Assembly: GCA_002633005.1 (NCBI GenBank)
Contig: NMRA01000820.1
Coordinates: 82,934 to 129,385 of the forward strand
Direction of reading: 5' to 3'
Source of the DNA: Phoronis australis
Taxonomy: Eukaryota; Animalia; Phoronida
Length of the DNA stretch: 46,452 bases
A program made the translations under genes and the position numbers. Below, piece by piece: positions 23,422 to 35,400 of this stretch (its first letter is position 1; every line of letters starts with the position of its first letter). A model generated the notes under the pieces. The model saw only the letters and a program-made list of their open reading frames with translations. It was not told the origin of the DNA and searched no databases.

Positions 23422-26400
23422 GTATGTGATAAGGCGTTTTTTCTAAGTATGTCGGGGAAAAGTAGTATTGTGAGATATGCGTCTGGTTCGAAAGCCATTA
23501 CGACACTTTTGTACCTGAGATGCAGTGTTATGGCTGTTGTAACTAGAGCCTGTTTTCACGTCTCAGTTAAATGTGGAATCATTCTGTTGGTCACCTGACA
23601 CTTTTTGTTGGTTGAGTACAACAACGAGGAAGTGGCATTGTTACACGACTTCAAAGCTTGGCTTTAAACTCCAGTCGATGTCATTGTCAACAAATTTTGA
23701 CACCATGGATGTTATGAAAATGCATCCGATGACCGCTATCGATTGTGGGCATATTTGGATTTTTTCTGCTTGGGAAAGGGGCTTGAATAGTGTTCCGGAC
23801 TGAGAAAGGTTTGCTTCATGATTCCCAATGTTCTCTTGAATGTCTGAAGGGTCAGCTAGGGAAGGGCTAGGGGGAGCTGCATTTTTCCAACAGTTAATTA
23901 TCTTTGACTTGAAGCTTACTCCATCTAGGGTCAGACCAACACATTAGATGTTTTCAAATGTGACTGCCACATGTACTCTTAGGCATAAGTTGGTAACTGA
24001 TATTTAGCTGTTTATAAATATCTGTACTGTTACTCACGAGGGCAAATGTTATCAAAGGTTTTCACACCTGAGTTATGCTGGTTGTCGTTTGTTAAAAACA
24101 GCTGAGATAAGGTATAAACAATCATTGCCAAGAATCTACAACTGAACGTAGTGCAGTAGTCACATGATGTGGTTACATTGACCTAGTTTTCAACTGCGTA
24201 AATGAGCTACAAATTGTCCACTTCAAAAATGAGAGATAGGAGATTTGGAAGGTCCCAAGAGCTAACAGTACATGCGGACTTTTAGAAAGTTACCATTGGA
24301 ATAGTTCATAATGTCAGATTGGAGTTGGTGTTGGCTTTCTTTACTCCTGCCCTCTGGTGGCCGATATGATAAATACAACACAGTTGTAGAGTTTCTACTC
24401 TGAGGTTCTCTGATTAAAATCTCCTAGATAGACTGATTTCCTGAATGCTAGAGGCCTTTGATAATTACGTGCCCTTAGCCTCTATCTTGTGGGAAGTTTC
24501 ATAATGCTTCACAGCATATGCTGTTTATGAGTTTTAGGAACTGTGGGCTCAAGTGTGTGCTTATACCATATCAAAGTTTGACTATTTTGGGTTCACCTGA
24601 TTATTGGCTTTAACACTGGGCAAAACTGGTTATTATCTTAAAGACTCTGTTTGCTGTGTACAAGCAATTAGTTCATAAGGTTGTTGAACTGAGAATACAT
24701 GTTCATTAGCACTACACTCATAGCTCTGCACAGGCTGATAAGATAAGGTGGTTATGTAATAGGAATGCTTAGCTTCTTGTTGGCAACCTGGAAGTTGGTA
24801 CCCAGAGGGTTAAAACTGCCTTGTTATTGATGGCAAGAAACCATAGTTGGATAAGTGATGAAACTTGTGTTGTTAACACCTGGCAAATGTTGGTTTGCTT
24901 ATCTGCAGTGCACTGCCTGAAGAACTAAAAATGATCACCTTTCTTAACTTGCTGCGGAACATGTTTTCTATGTCTTTTTCCATATAACTGGTAAATATTT
25001 CGCAAATTTTTTGATTTGTGACAAAAGTAATCAAATTTGCTTTTAAATGCCTTCTACACAATCAAGTTTTCTGAAATGTTGGGCCCTTTATTATAGGGAT
25101 ATACTTATAATTGTGATTCCAATAATTTAATTCATCATCAATATGACAATGAAATTCAGCATCTGTATGGAACAATTGGTCGTTCCCCATCACATCCAGT
25201 GTATTAGCTACCATGTTGATCACAATTTAAATTGACATTTTGACTAGTGCGTGTGCAAAACTATGTATTCCTCTCGCACAAAGAATCTTGCGAAGGCTGA
25301 TCCGCTTAAACTTAGCGTTATTGACATATTAGATCAGTGAAAGTGAAATTCGCAGGACAGAAACTGTTTGAAATGGATTTTGATTGTTTTTATGCGTATT
25401 AACCCATAAGGCCCTTTGCTACTAATGTCGACGCATCAATATTTTGTGGAGTTGCGGTCAGTATGAACGGTTAACTTCGGTCCTGGATCGAAGTTAACAG
25501 CACCTGTTAACTTCACAGGTAATCAAGTGGATTTAACAGCAGATTGCGACGCTGCGGTGCAGTATGAGTCAGTGGTCACAACTTTGGTCTCATCAAAGTT
25601 TTTTCCATTGACGTGTGCTTTCGTAAACAATAAAAAAAAAGGGCAGTGTTATTGCCCATAGTTGCTTATATTTTGGTCGAATAATCAACAATCGAATTAG
25701 AAATAAGTTTTATGTCAATTAGCACGCATAAATGTTTTCAAATTGTCACATTAATACATCGTAGCGTGCCACGGGTTGCATCAGCGCTGCCTTGCAATTA
25801 CTTCGGTGACCACAGCGTCACCTGCTTTTTATTTCGATGCTGTTAACTACCAAAGCTGGTATGAACGATTCAATTATCTTAGCAGTTTACGTCGACACTC
25901 CACTCATATCAGAGTTAAGTTAGTGTGGAAGGGCTCCTGGTTCTCTATGTAATTTTAATGTCATTGATTTTGATCTAATATTGACTGCACTGTATTGCTA
26001 GGTCGTTACGCCTTAGTGGTTGCTGGTGACATTGCGGTGTACGCCACTGGGAATGCGCGGTGCACAGGTGGTGCCGGTGCTGTCGCCATGTTGGTTGGTC
26101 CTGATGCACCACTTGTATTTGACAGAGGTGAGTGACGAGTGTTTGTGAGTGACAGTGTGTTGATTAGAGACCCCAGTAGTCCTCCTTAAAGAATTGGAGG
26201 TTTTGCAGTTGTAGACAGCAGAATTTTATATTTTTGGTTTTTACGGCTATTGGCTCTAGTCGGTATGTTCATTTGTACATTGTTTTTGTTAATGTAGGGA
26301 ATCTTTTGCACTGTGCCCTGTAAAATCAACCCATTGGCAATTGTTGAATATGAACACCTTCATGGGACTCACTCTTCCAAGTGGGAATTATTTGCAAGTC

Positions 26401-29400
26401 CTGTGTTAATGTTCACCTCTGCCTGAAACTGCACACTGGCATTTCAAGGCCTGTGCATGTGTTATTGTTTATTCACACTGCATTTGTGGTTGACCTTTGA
26501 TCAGCCATTTGGCCACAAGTGGAAGTAAATATGACTGGAGAAGCTGTTGAAACCAGTGCCAATGTGATACCCTACTGCAGACAGGGCTGGGCTGTTATGT
26601 CCTGAACATGAGCTTGACTGGAAACCCTGTTGAGATCTGCTGCAATGATTAGTTGTGTGTGCAGACTTAGTGCAACTCCATGAAGCAAGTGAAAGTTGTG
26701 GTTTATATTGTGATGGGGACCTGTAGTGATGTGAATAGTTTGAAGGAGTGTCTCTCATCTAGACTGCATTGCCCTGTGTGTAGCAAGAGATTTTTACCTT
26801 TTGTTTGTTGAAATCTCCTGTAACCCAAGAAATATTGGTTTCATGATTCTATAGGTTTTTGTAACTTATGTATTGACAATCACTGTGTGGTCTCTCAAGT
26901 GTGAAGGTGTATTTTTCATTATGACTCATAAAATTATATCATAAAATTGCATTTAGGAACCTTAAATGTTTGTTGCTATTGTGTAAATCATGCAAGTAAT
27001 ACCATTAGCTTGTCATTACCAAGGTATCAGACTTATTCCATAAGAATGCACTGTTGATTGACATTTCCAAGCAATCTCCTTTCTTTTACTGTTAGACCTT
27101 CATCTCTCAGTGCAACTATTAGGCTTGCATGTACTGACTGTACTGAATTTTCAAATTCTTATGCACAAGAGATCTGTTTACAAAAACAGACTGTCTAGGT
27201 ATTGCTGAGGTTTCCCACAGATATTTTTGACTTGACCACCACAAACCTGTTTGAAAACTGTGTTCTCATCCCAGCTTGACATAATTCAGGGTGCTGGTGT
27301 TATGCCATGATGTGTGTCTGGTAGCCTTGCAGGCAGAAACTGGTATTAGAATTGAAAGATTTGTTTACATGATTTTCTGGATTTGTTTACATGTTGTTAC
27401 TTGGTGCAGAACAAATAGTTTAGCAGACTACTCTAGAATTTAACACAATTCATTAACAATTTCAACATCTGTAATGGTGCGATGAACTGAAAATAAAAGG
27501 CGTGCGGAAATGCAGTAGTTTGTAGGCAAGGGAAGTGAACTTTGGCATGTCTGTGTGCATTCCCGGGGGAGGGGGAGGGGCAGGGGGGGATGCTCGGCTA
27601 GACTTTGATGGGAGTTCAAGCTAATTTGTGATATTCGAACTTGGAACTAAGGAACTTATTTTGGGTTACTTCCATGAGAATTTTTTGTCTGAGCTGCAGC
27701 TGGGAAATATATTATGATACCAATGTATTCAGAAAGTAGACTTGAAAAGGAGACCTGTGAAAAGTCTTCTCACTGGGGTTTGGTAAATCCATTGAAACCT
27801 GTCTCTAAGGATTTGGAGACAACAGATCTTTTATTTTCAACCCATTCAGCTAGAACAGTAATAGAAAAAAGGTTGTGTTGTCAAACACAAGAGAACAGAT
27901 TCCATCCCTGTAACAGTCTGTGGTAAAACTGGCTTGACTGAAGTGCTGTGACATTTTGTGACATTTTAAGAATTCTAATAAAATGTGAGAAATTTGCTAA
28001 GCTAAGTAGGCTGTTAAGCGGTTTTTTTTTGGGGGGGGGGGAGGTTTGCAGTTATTTCATGCTGCATCAAGTGGTGGTTTCCTTTTTCACAAACTGTACA
28101 ATTACATAATTCAAGTATTGTGTATCAAATATGTGACAGAATCAAAGTTGATGTGTAATATATTCCAAAAGCACCAAAAAACTGTGGCAGTTGAGACCTC
28201 CCTGTGACATTTTGAAAATTTTGAGACGTGATTAATTGTGACCATTAAACACGAATGCGTTCTAGAGCTGCAAAAAGAGTGCATCATTTGCAATGGAAGT
28301 TCTTAAAATATAATATTAAAAACGGAACTGTTTGTGTGCTTGGACATGGAATGCAAGTTATGGAACCTGTTAGTTGTGATAAGAATATAATTCGCAAGAT
28401 AAATCCTTGAATAGGGAAGTTCATTAGATAATGGGATTCTTTTAAGAGGAATTTTGTTGGAGAAAGGGCATCATATCGTAGTGATCATACTTGGTTGTGT
28501 GGAAAAGTCAGTCTCCTTCATTGTTCATGTGTTGGGAATTGTGAGCCTCGGAAATCGGAATGAATTTTGGTATTCCTTTATGTGGTGTTGGTGGAAACTG
28601 GAGTCTGGAAACCATATTGTGGAAACATGCATTTATTTGGTGTTTCTGTTTATGAAAGAAATGAATTAAAAATTTCACTTTGTCATCCATATTGTGTCCT
28701 AAATTTGTGAGATTTAACCGTAATGACTTGTGCATGTGGACATGTAATTGGGACAGAAGAGAAACATTTCTTACTTAATGAGTTAGGTTATGCTGAGTAA
28801 AGCAAGGTAGTGTTAATCCTGTTTGTCATGGCTGTATGGTGCATGACACGTGAACAGATTACGTTGCTTGAGTCAGTTAATAGCCGCTAACTCATTTGGA
28901 CGTTTTGGGATTATTTTTAAAACAATTTTTTAGAGGAGACCAAAAATGGTGAAAAGAAAGACACGGAAAAAAGAAATACACACCATTTGTGAACAGATTT
29001 CCTTATGCCCTTTGAAACCTGTTTCATACCATTCCATGGCATTTTAAATGCGTTTTCATAGCAAAACCATGTTCTCAACAGTTTTGACTAGTGAGCCTCT
29101 CAGACTCAATTTTTCTTCTCACACTTTTCTTAGAACTCCTGCGAATGGCTTTGTTCCTGATATGCTATTGTGTCCCCTTGAGTCCATGGTATTTAACCTC
29201 AATGTTACACTTCTATAGGACATTTGACCCACAGTGTTACATTGCTGTCACTCTGTTTTATATTAAAATTCATTGCAATGCCATTGAGTTATGCTTGTGC
29301 TTTTTATGTTGCAATGTGGACGCAAAGAAATGAAAAGATAAATGAATCACAGTAATCCGTTTTTCGCTTATCTGACTCGCCCAGAAGTGTGTTGCGGACA

Positions 29401-32400
29401 CTAATAAGGCCCTCTCCATAGATTAATCCATTTGACTTAAATGCAGAGTACTGCTCATTAGAGCCTCTCAGGTATTGGGAATTTTAATTGGTATGAACAG
29501 TGAACTTGGTCCTGTTTAGAAGTTAACTGTGGAAATTAACTTTGCAGTAATCAGGTGAATTTAACAATAGGGTGTCCACTCTTTGGTGCAGTATGAAAGG
29601 TTAACTTGTGTGTAATTGAAGTTATTGTCAGGTGTACCTGTCAATAATGGCCTGCATGTCAGGTGTACCTGTCAATAATGGCCTGCATGTTTTTTCGGAG
29701 CATCACCTTGCAATTACTTTGATTACACACATCAAGATGCGATGAAGCTGGTGTGAAAGGTTCAATTAATTCCTTGGTTTACTGGGATGGTCCTTTCGTG
29801 TTGGAGTTAAGCTACTGTGAACAGGCCTCTCTAACAGAACAATGAACTATTGACATGGCTGGAGTGTACAGTATCATTTATCAAAGGTCACGTGATAGTT
29901 ACCATTTTATTCCCCAGGCAAATGTCAAATCCTCTTGATATTTATTCTGGCATGGTTACACGCACCCCTGTTCTTTAGGACCCCGGCATCATGTGCCCTC
30001 ATCGTGGACAGTCCTGTCACTGTGCATGTGCACTGTTGGACTTTGACCCTGTCCTAGGCTTGCCAGGCAACCTGGTAATGTTGTTGGCAGTATTCTACTG
30101 ATCTGGTCTCTATGTGTAGGCCAAGCAGTGGAGTGTGTGGCATTTATGACTCATGGCACCAAGTATCGGTGTCTTGTTCTTGGAAAGGCGCTGTTAGTTC
30201 AGGGCGAAGAAATCCATGCAGCAAATTGTGCTGCAGCCGCAGTGTTCTATGACCTGTTTTAGCATGTTGCCATTGCCTCTGACCTGTTTAAATACCATCC
30301 AACTCAATTGATTTTTTCATTTTGAACAGAAAATACTATTTTTGTGTGTTCGCTATGACGTGTACGTGCTGCACACTGTCTAATGGGGTTGTAAATGTGA
30401 CCTGTTTGGGTTGTGGAGTGTTGAAGAACATTGATCATTTTGTTGCTGATAAATAAATGCTAAAAATGTGGTTTGACAGTGAAATGAGATGAGTTGTAGT
30501 GATGATAGATTGACCCTAAAATGTGCTGCAGTTTTGGGGGAGGCATTGGATTCTCTGCCTTAGAAATATTTGCAGGTCATGTTGAATAACAACAAAATTG
30601 TGTGTAAAACAAACAATGGGTAGGTGTATTTGTCAAATGCACATGTGTTTAGTCATATCTTGTTTCCAGAGTACTCAAAACATGTTCAAGTGATTGGACT
30701 TGAAACCCCCACAGTCACTTAATTTCCTGCCAAATTTATTATCCATTATCTCTTATAATGAAGTCCTATATTACCATAACTCAGAAGGCAAAGTCCAATA
30801 TGCCAACACTTTTCTTCAAGATGCCCATAGGTGGCAGCACGGTCCTGACCTATTGTGGCTGTATTGTAGGATCATGCACTCAAATCGTGACTCAGTTGTG
30901 AAGGTCACCATTAAATTTGAGTTAAGGTTCCGTAGGTCCCTAGTAAAAAGCCCAAATTTGGCCGTCTTTGGAACGTCATTGCTTAGTAATGGCCGACTTA
31001 GTTCATTAGAAACTTTTAGGTACTGTGTTTTATGCACTGATGTCCAAAACATTGTTAGGAATTGCTTTTGTTTTAAAGTTTTCCACTTTTGCATGAGAGG
31101 CTATCAAAGAATAGGACTTTTATGGTCTTTGTGAAAAAGCCACTTAAAAGTTGCACAAAACGAAAGAATAATTTAGAAAACTGTTACGAGATTTCATCTA
31201 TAGCATTTACATCAAACTGAATTTGGTTACGTTATTGATAGTGTTGTTTTGCTATCTATGAAGGTTTTTTGCTAATTTTACTAAGAAGACAAGGCCACAT
31301 GTCCCAATTAATGGCAGATTGGTATAAAGTAAAAAAAAACTCAGCTTTCAGAGTTTTTTTTACAAAGTTGAAATCAATGTTTTGAGAATATGTGGCTTAT
31401 TACACAGACTTGTTTGTAATGTCCTACAAAATCTAAATGTTGGCGGCGGCGCCATTCTGTTGTAAGATGTTATACCTTGACTTAAGGAATTTCATGGAGT
31501 GATTTTTAGGCAGATGTGAAGATTCTTCTGCCAACTAACTCAGTGACAGAAATAGTTTTGTCTGTCAGAACTGCTGTGCTGCTCTCTCTTGTCAGTTATG
31601 AACTACATAAGCAAGCAGCACATTGTTTTATTGTGAACATGAGAATGTTGTGAATGTTCCTGGTTCATCTGGAATGTTCTTAGGAATAAGACAATTCATT
31701 ATGTTCAAGATTTATCAACTGTTATTTGGGTAATGTGACTTTTGCCATATTTCTTAACTTATTTCACACAAACGTGATTGCCAAAATTATTATTTTTCTC
31801 TCATTCAAAAAGACTACCTTTGCTTCAAATATTGTAAAGTTCCCAAGTGCTGTTTTGTAACACATACGCAATTAAAACTTAACTTAGTAATAGGATAAAA
31901 TGTTAACTATTTTTTGTTAAGAATATCGTATGTCATAAGATGAGTTAAGTAGGTGAATAATTACCCTACCCTGGGACATACTGTTTCATTCAATGGTGAG
32001 TGCCGAATGTTTTCATTTAAGTTTGCAGCATTCACAAAAATGAGTTGTTATATAATGCATGATAAAATTTCTTGTGTTTTATGGTTGTACCGTGGTTGGA
32101 ACACAAACTCATAGGTGTTATTTTGGGCTTAATCAAATAAGGTCATTAATACTCTATCTTACTTTGAAGTTGGCCACTTTTGTCCTGCTGCTTTTAGCAC
32201 CCATTGTTTCTTTGTTGTGTCCACTTGCATACTGTGGGTCAATGTCTTTTTTTGAATTTGAAGATTCTGTTTGAATCTGTCTTGGACATTATGCCAGAGT
32301 TGGCTTCAGTCATTTTCGGTGATGTCATGTCGCAAATTTCTATTTTTTTACAAAAAGAAATGGTTGAATCAGCGTTGTTCTTGTCACCATTTGTCATTTG

Positions 32401-35400
32401 ATTGTTGAAGCATTCTTTGCTCTCAGCATATTGCTAGTAAGTGAAATTTTATTTTGTCAAATTGTTCAACAAAAACAAAAAAATGAGACACTTTTAGTCT
32501 ACTGCATAGATGTTATAAAATGGAGTTGATCACTCTGTGCTCTTGCTCTGTTGACAAGTTAATGAACCAAAGTGCCATCTATTGAGCAACCTTGTAACAA
32601 ATGACTACCAGCCATCCTCAAATTATCACTATGAGTATATTCTTAAGTCTGCCACTCTACTGACAAAGTAATGAACCAAAGTGCCATCTATTGAGCAACC
32701 TTGTAACTGATGACTACCAGCCACCATCATTGTCACCGTGTTCTATGTTCCTTTGTAGGTCTCCGCAGTACTCACATGCAACATGTGTATGACTTCTACA
32801 AGCCAGACATGTCCTCCGAGTACCCAGTCGTCGATGGCAAGCTGTCTATACAGTGCTACCTGAATGCTCTTGACCAATGTTACAGGCGTTACAGGGAGCA
32901 ATATCAGATCAAGATGACAAACGGTTAGTTTCTGCTTAGTGATTGGTCATCAAGCTAATTTGTAGTTGTTCAGACCCACACGTTCTGACGCTGATCGAAA
33001 TTGAGCTGGGGCCTCACTACACACCACAAGCACAAATTATTTGTGCCACGAGCAATTTTTAGTGCTCTAAGAAANATTTAAGTTTGCAGCATTCACAAAA
33101 ATGAGTCATTATATAATGCATGTTAAAATTTCTTGTGTTTTATGGTTGTACTGTGGTTGGAACACGAACTCATAGGTGTTATTTTGGGCTTAATCAAATA
33201 AGGTCATTAATACTCTATCTTACTTTGAAGTTGGCCACTTTTGTCCTGCTGCTTTTAGCACCCATTTTTTCTTTGTTGTGTCCACTTGCATACTGTGGGT
33301 CAATGCCTTTCTTTGAATTTGAAGATTCTGTTTGAATCTGTCTTGGACATTATGCCAGAATTGACTTCAGTCATTTTAGGTGATGTCATGTCGCAAATTT
33401 CTATTTTTTACAAAAAGAAATGGTTGAATCAGCGTTGTTCTTGTCACCATTTGTCATTTGATTGTTGAAGCATTCTTTGATCTCAGCATATCGGCTAGTA
33501 AGTGAAATTTTATTTTGTCAAATTGTTATACAAAAGCAAAAAAATAAGACAATTTTAGTCCACTGCATAGATGTTATAAAATGGAGTTGATCACTCTGTG
33601 CTCTTGCTCTGTTTACAAGTTAATGAACCAAAGTGCCATCTATTGAGCAACCTTGTAACAAATGACTACCAGCCATCATCAAATTATCACTATGAGTATA
33701 TTCTTAAGTGTGCCACTCTACTGACAAAGTAATGAACCAAAGTGCCATCTATTGAGCAACCTTGTAACTGATGACTACCAGCCACCATCATTGTCACCGT
33801 GTTCTGTGTTCCTTTGTAGGTCTCCGCAGTACTCACATGCAACATGTGTATGACTTCTACAAGCCAGACATGTCCTCCGAGTACCCAGTCGTCGATGGCA
33901 AGCTGTCTATACAGTGCTACCTGAATGCTCTTGACCAATGTTACAGGCGTTACAGGGAGCAATATCAGATCAAGATGACAAACGGTTAGTTTCTGCTTAG
34001 TGATTGGTCATCAAGCTAATTTGTAGTTGTTCAGACCCACACGTTCTGACGCTGATCGAAATTGAGCTGGGGCCTCACTACACACCACAAGCACAAATTA
34101 TTTGTGCCACGAGCAATTTTTAGTGCTCTAAGAAAGCTGTCATTGAAATGAAGATGTCTGTGAAATTAGTAAACTTGCTGGCAGAAGTGATTGGATTTCA
34201 GATCCACATCCTGAATTTCTTAAAAAGGCGTGCCCCCAAATGAGAGCCTCTTAAAGTGTTTATGAAATGTATTTTTGTGAATGTTAAACTTGTTTTTCTT
34301 AGGTGTGTTAACTCGCACAAAAGCCTTGCTAAATTCAGAAAACTGTAATTGAGTAATTGTATCCAAAATTATTTTCCTTGTAAATCAAACTTACGTCAGC
34401 AGTTTTCATTCTTCTATTGCTCAACATTCGTTTGCACTTTAAGACTGAACACGTGCCGTTTTCAGTGTCTACTATTTACCACACAAGGTACTAGACAAGT
34501 GGAATCTAGTTATTTAAAAAGAAATGAAAATTAGATTCTCGTGCTTAGTTTATACTTCATATGTTCAACAGAAAAATCTTAGATTTTGGCAATTTTTTAC
34601 AAAATGTCTCAAAGTACCCGAGAGCTTGCCGTCTTTGCTTTGTTAACAAGTTAATTGTTGTTGCAGAGGGTCAGTCCAGCAAGTTGTTCAGCCTGGAGTC
34701 GGCCGACGCCTTCTGTTTCCACTCTCCGTACTGTAGACTAGTGCAGAAGTCACTGGGCAGGCTCATGTTCAACGACTTTTTGCGTGACCCAACAAATCCC
34801 AAGTTCACAGGACTGGACGCTTTCAGGTGAGTTTGACGGTGACTAACTTACACAGTAGTAGTTCCTGTTTGGTTGTTAATTTGAAAGCTGGTTGATGAAT
34901 TTCTGTCGAGAATTATGGTTGAGGTTTCAATGGGAAGTCAAGAGCTGAAATTACTTCACAAGATACAATGGCGTTGAACCTTGATTCACCACTGAAACTC
35001 AGCTAATGTGTTTGGAGAAATTCAATCGAGCTCTGGATTATCATCGTCCTCTGTTCCGTCAGATGCCACGACCTCTGTTGTCGGTTGCGTGAAACAGTCT
35101 TTATTACCAAGTGGGTTTGTGGCTTTGATACAAAGCGAGAGTGAATTTTATATTTCTCAATATTATTGAAATAAGTAAGGATTTTTTCATGCAATGCCCC
35201 TAATTTAGGGACTATGTCCCCGTTTATTTTCATTGAGCTAAGGGCTCAGATTATTAGAAAATGTTATTATTCAAAGAGGAGCTCATAATAAAGATATGAT
35301 AGAAAAATTACATGTGTGCGTAAAGAACGACTCAAATATGTAAAAGATTTAGGGAACTTGTTGAGTCTCTATTTGGGACCGTTTCATGCAATTGGGCTCG

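Larger units (their letters stand above)
32015..34135 (+). repeat. 1060-bp tandem duplicate (32015-33074 / 33076-34135) joined by a single N; probable uncollapsed haplotype overlap
   Basis: Copies align end to end with scattered SNPs and 1-bp indels in the intronic 5' part; N at 33075. Confidence 0.93.

Noticed and set aside
27565-27589. G-quadruplex-capable tract G5AG5AG4CAG7
   Set aside because: Probably the G-rich end of a decayed repeat; nothing indicates function.
30694-31134. 146-aa intronic ORF
   Set aside because: Non-ATG start, no homology recognised, and it overlaps a probable decayed DNA-transposon remnant.
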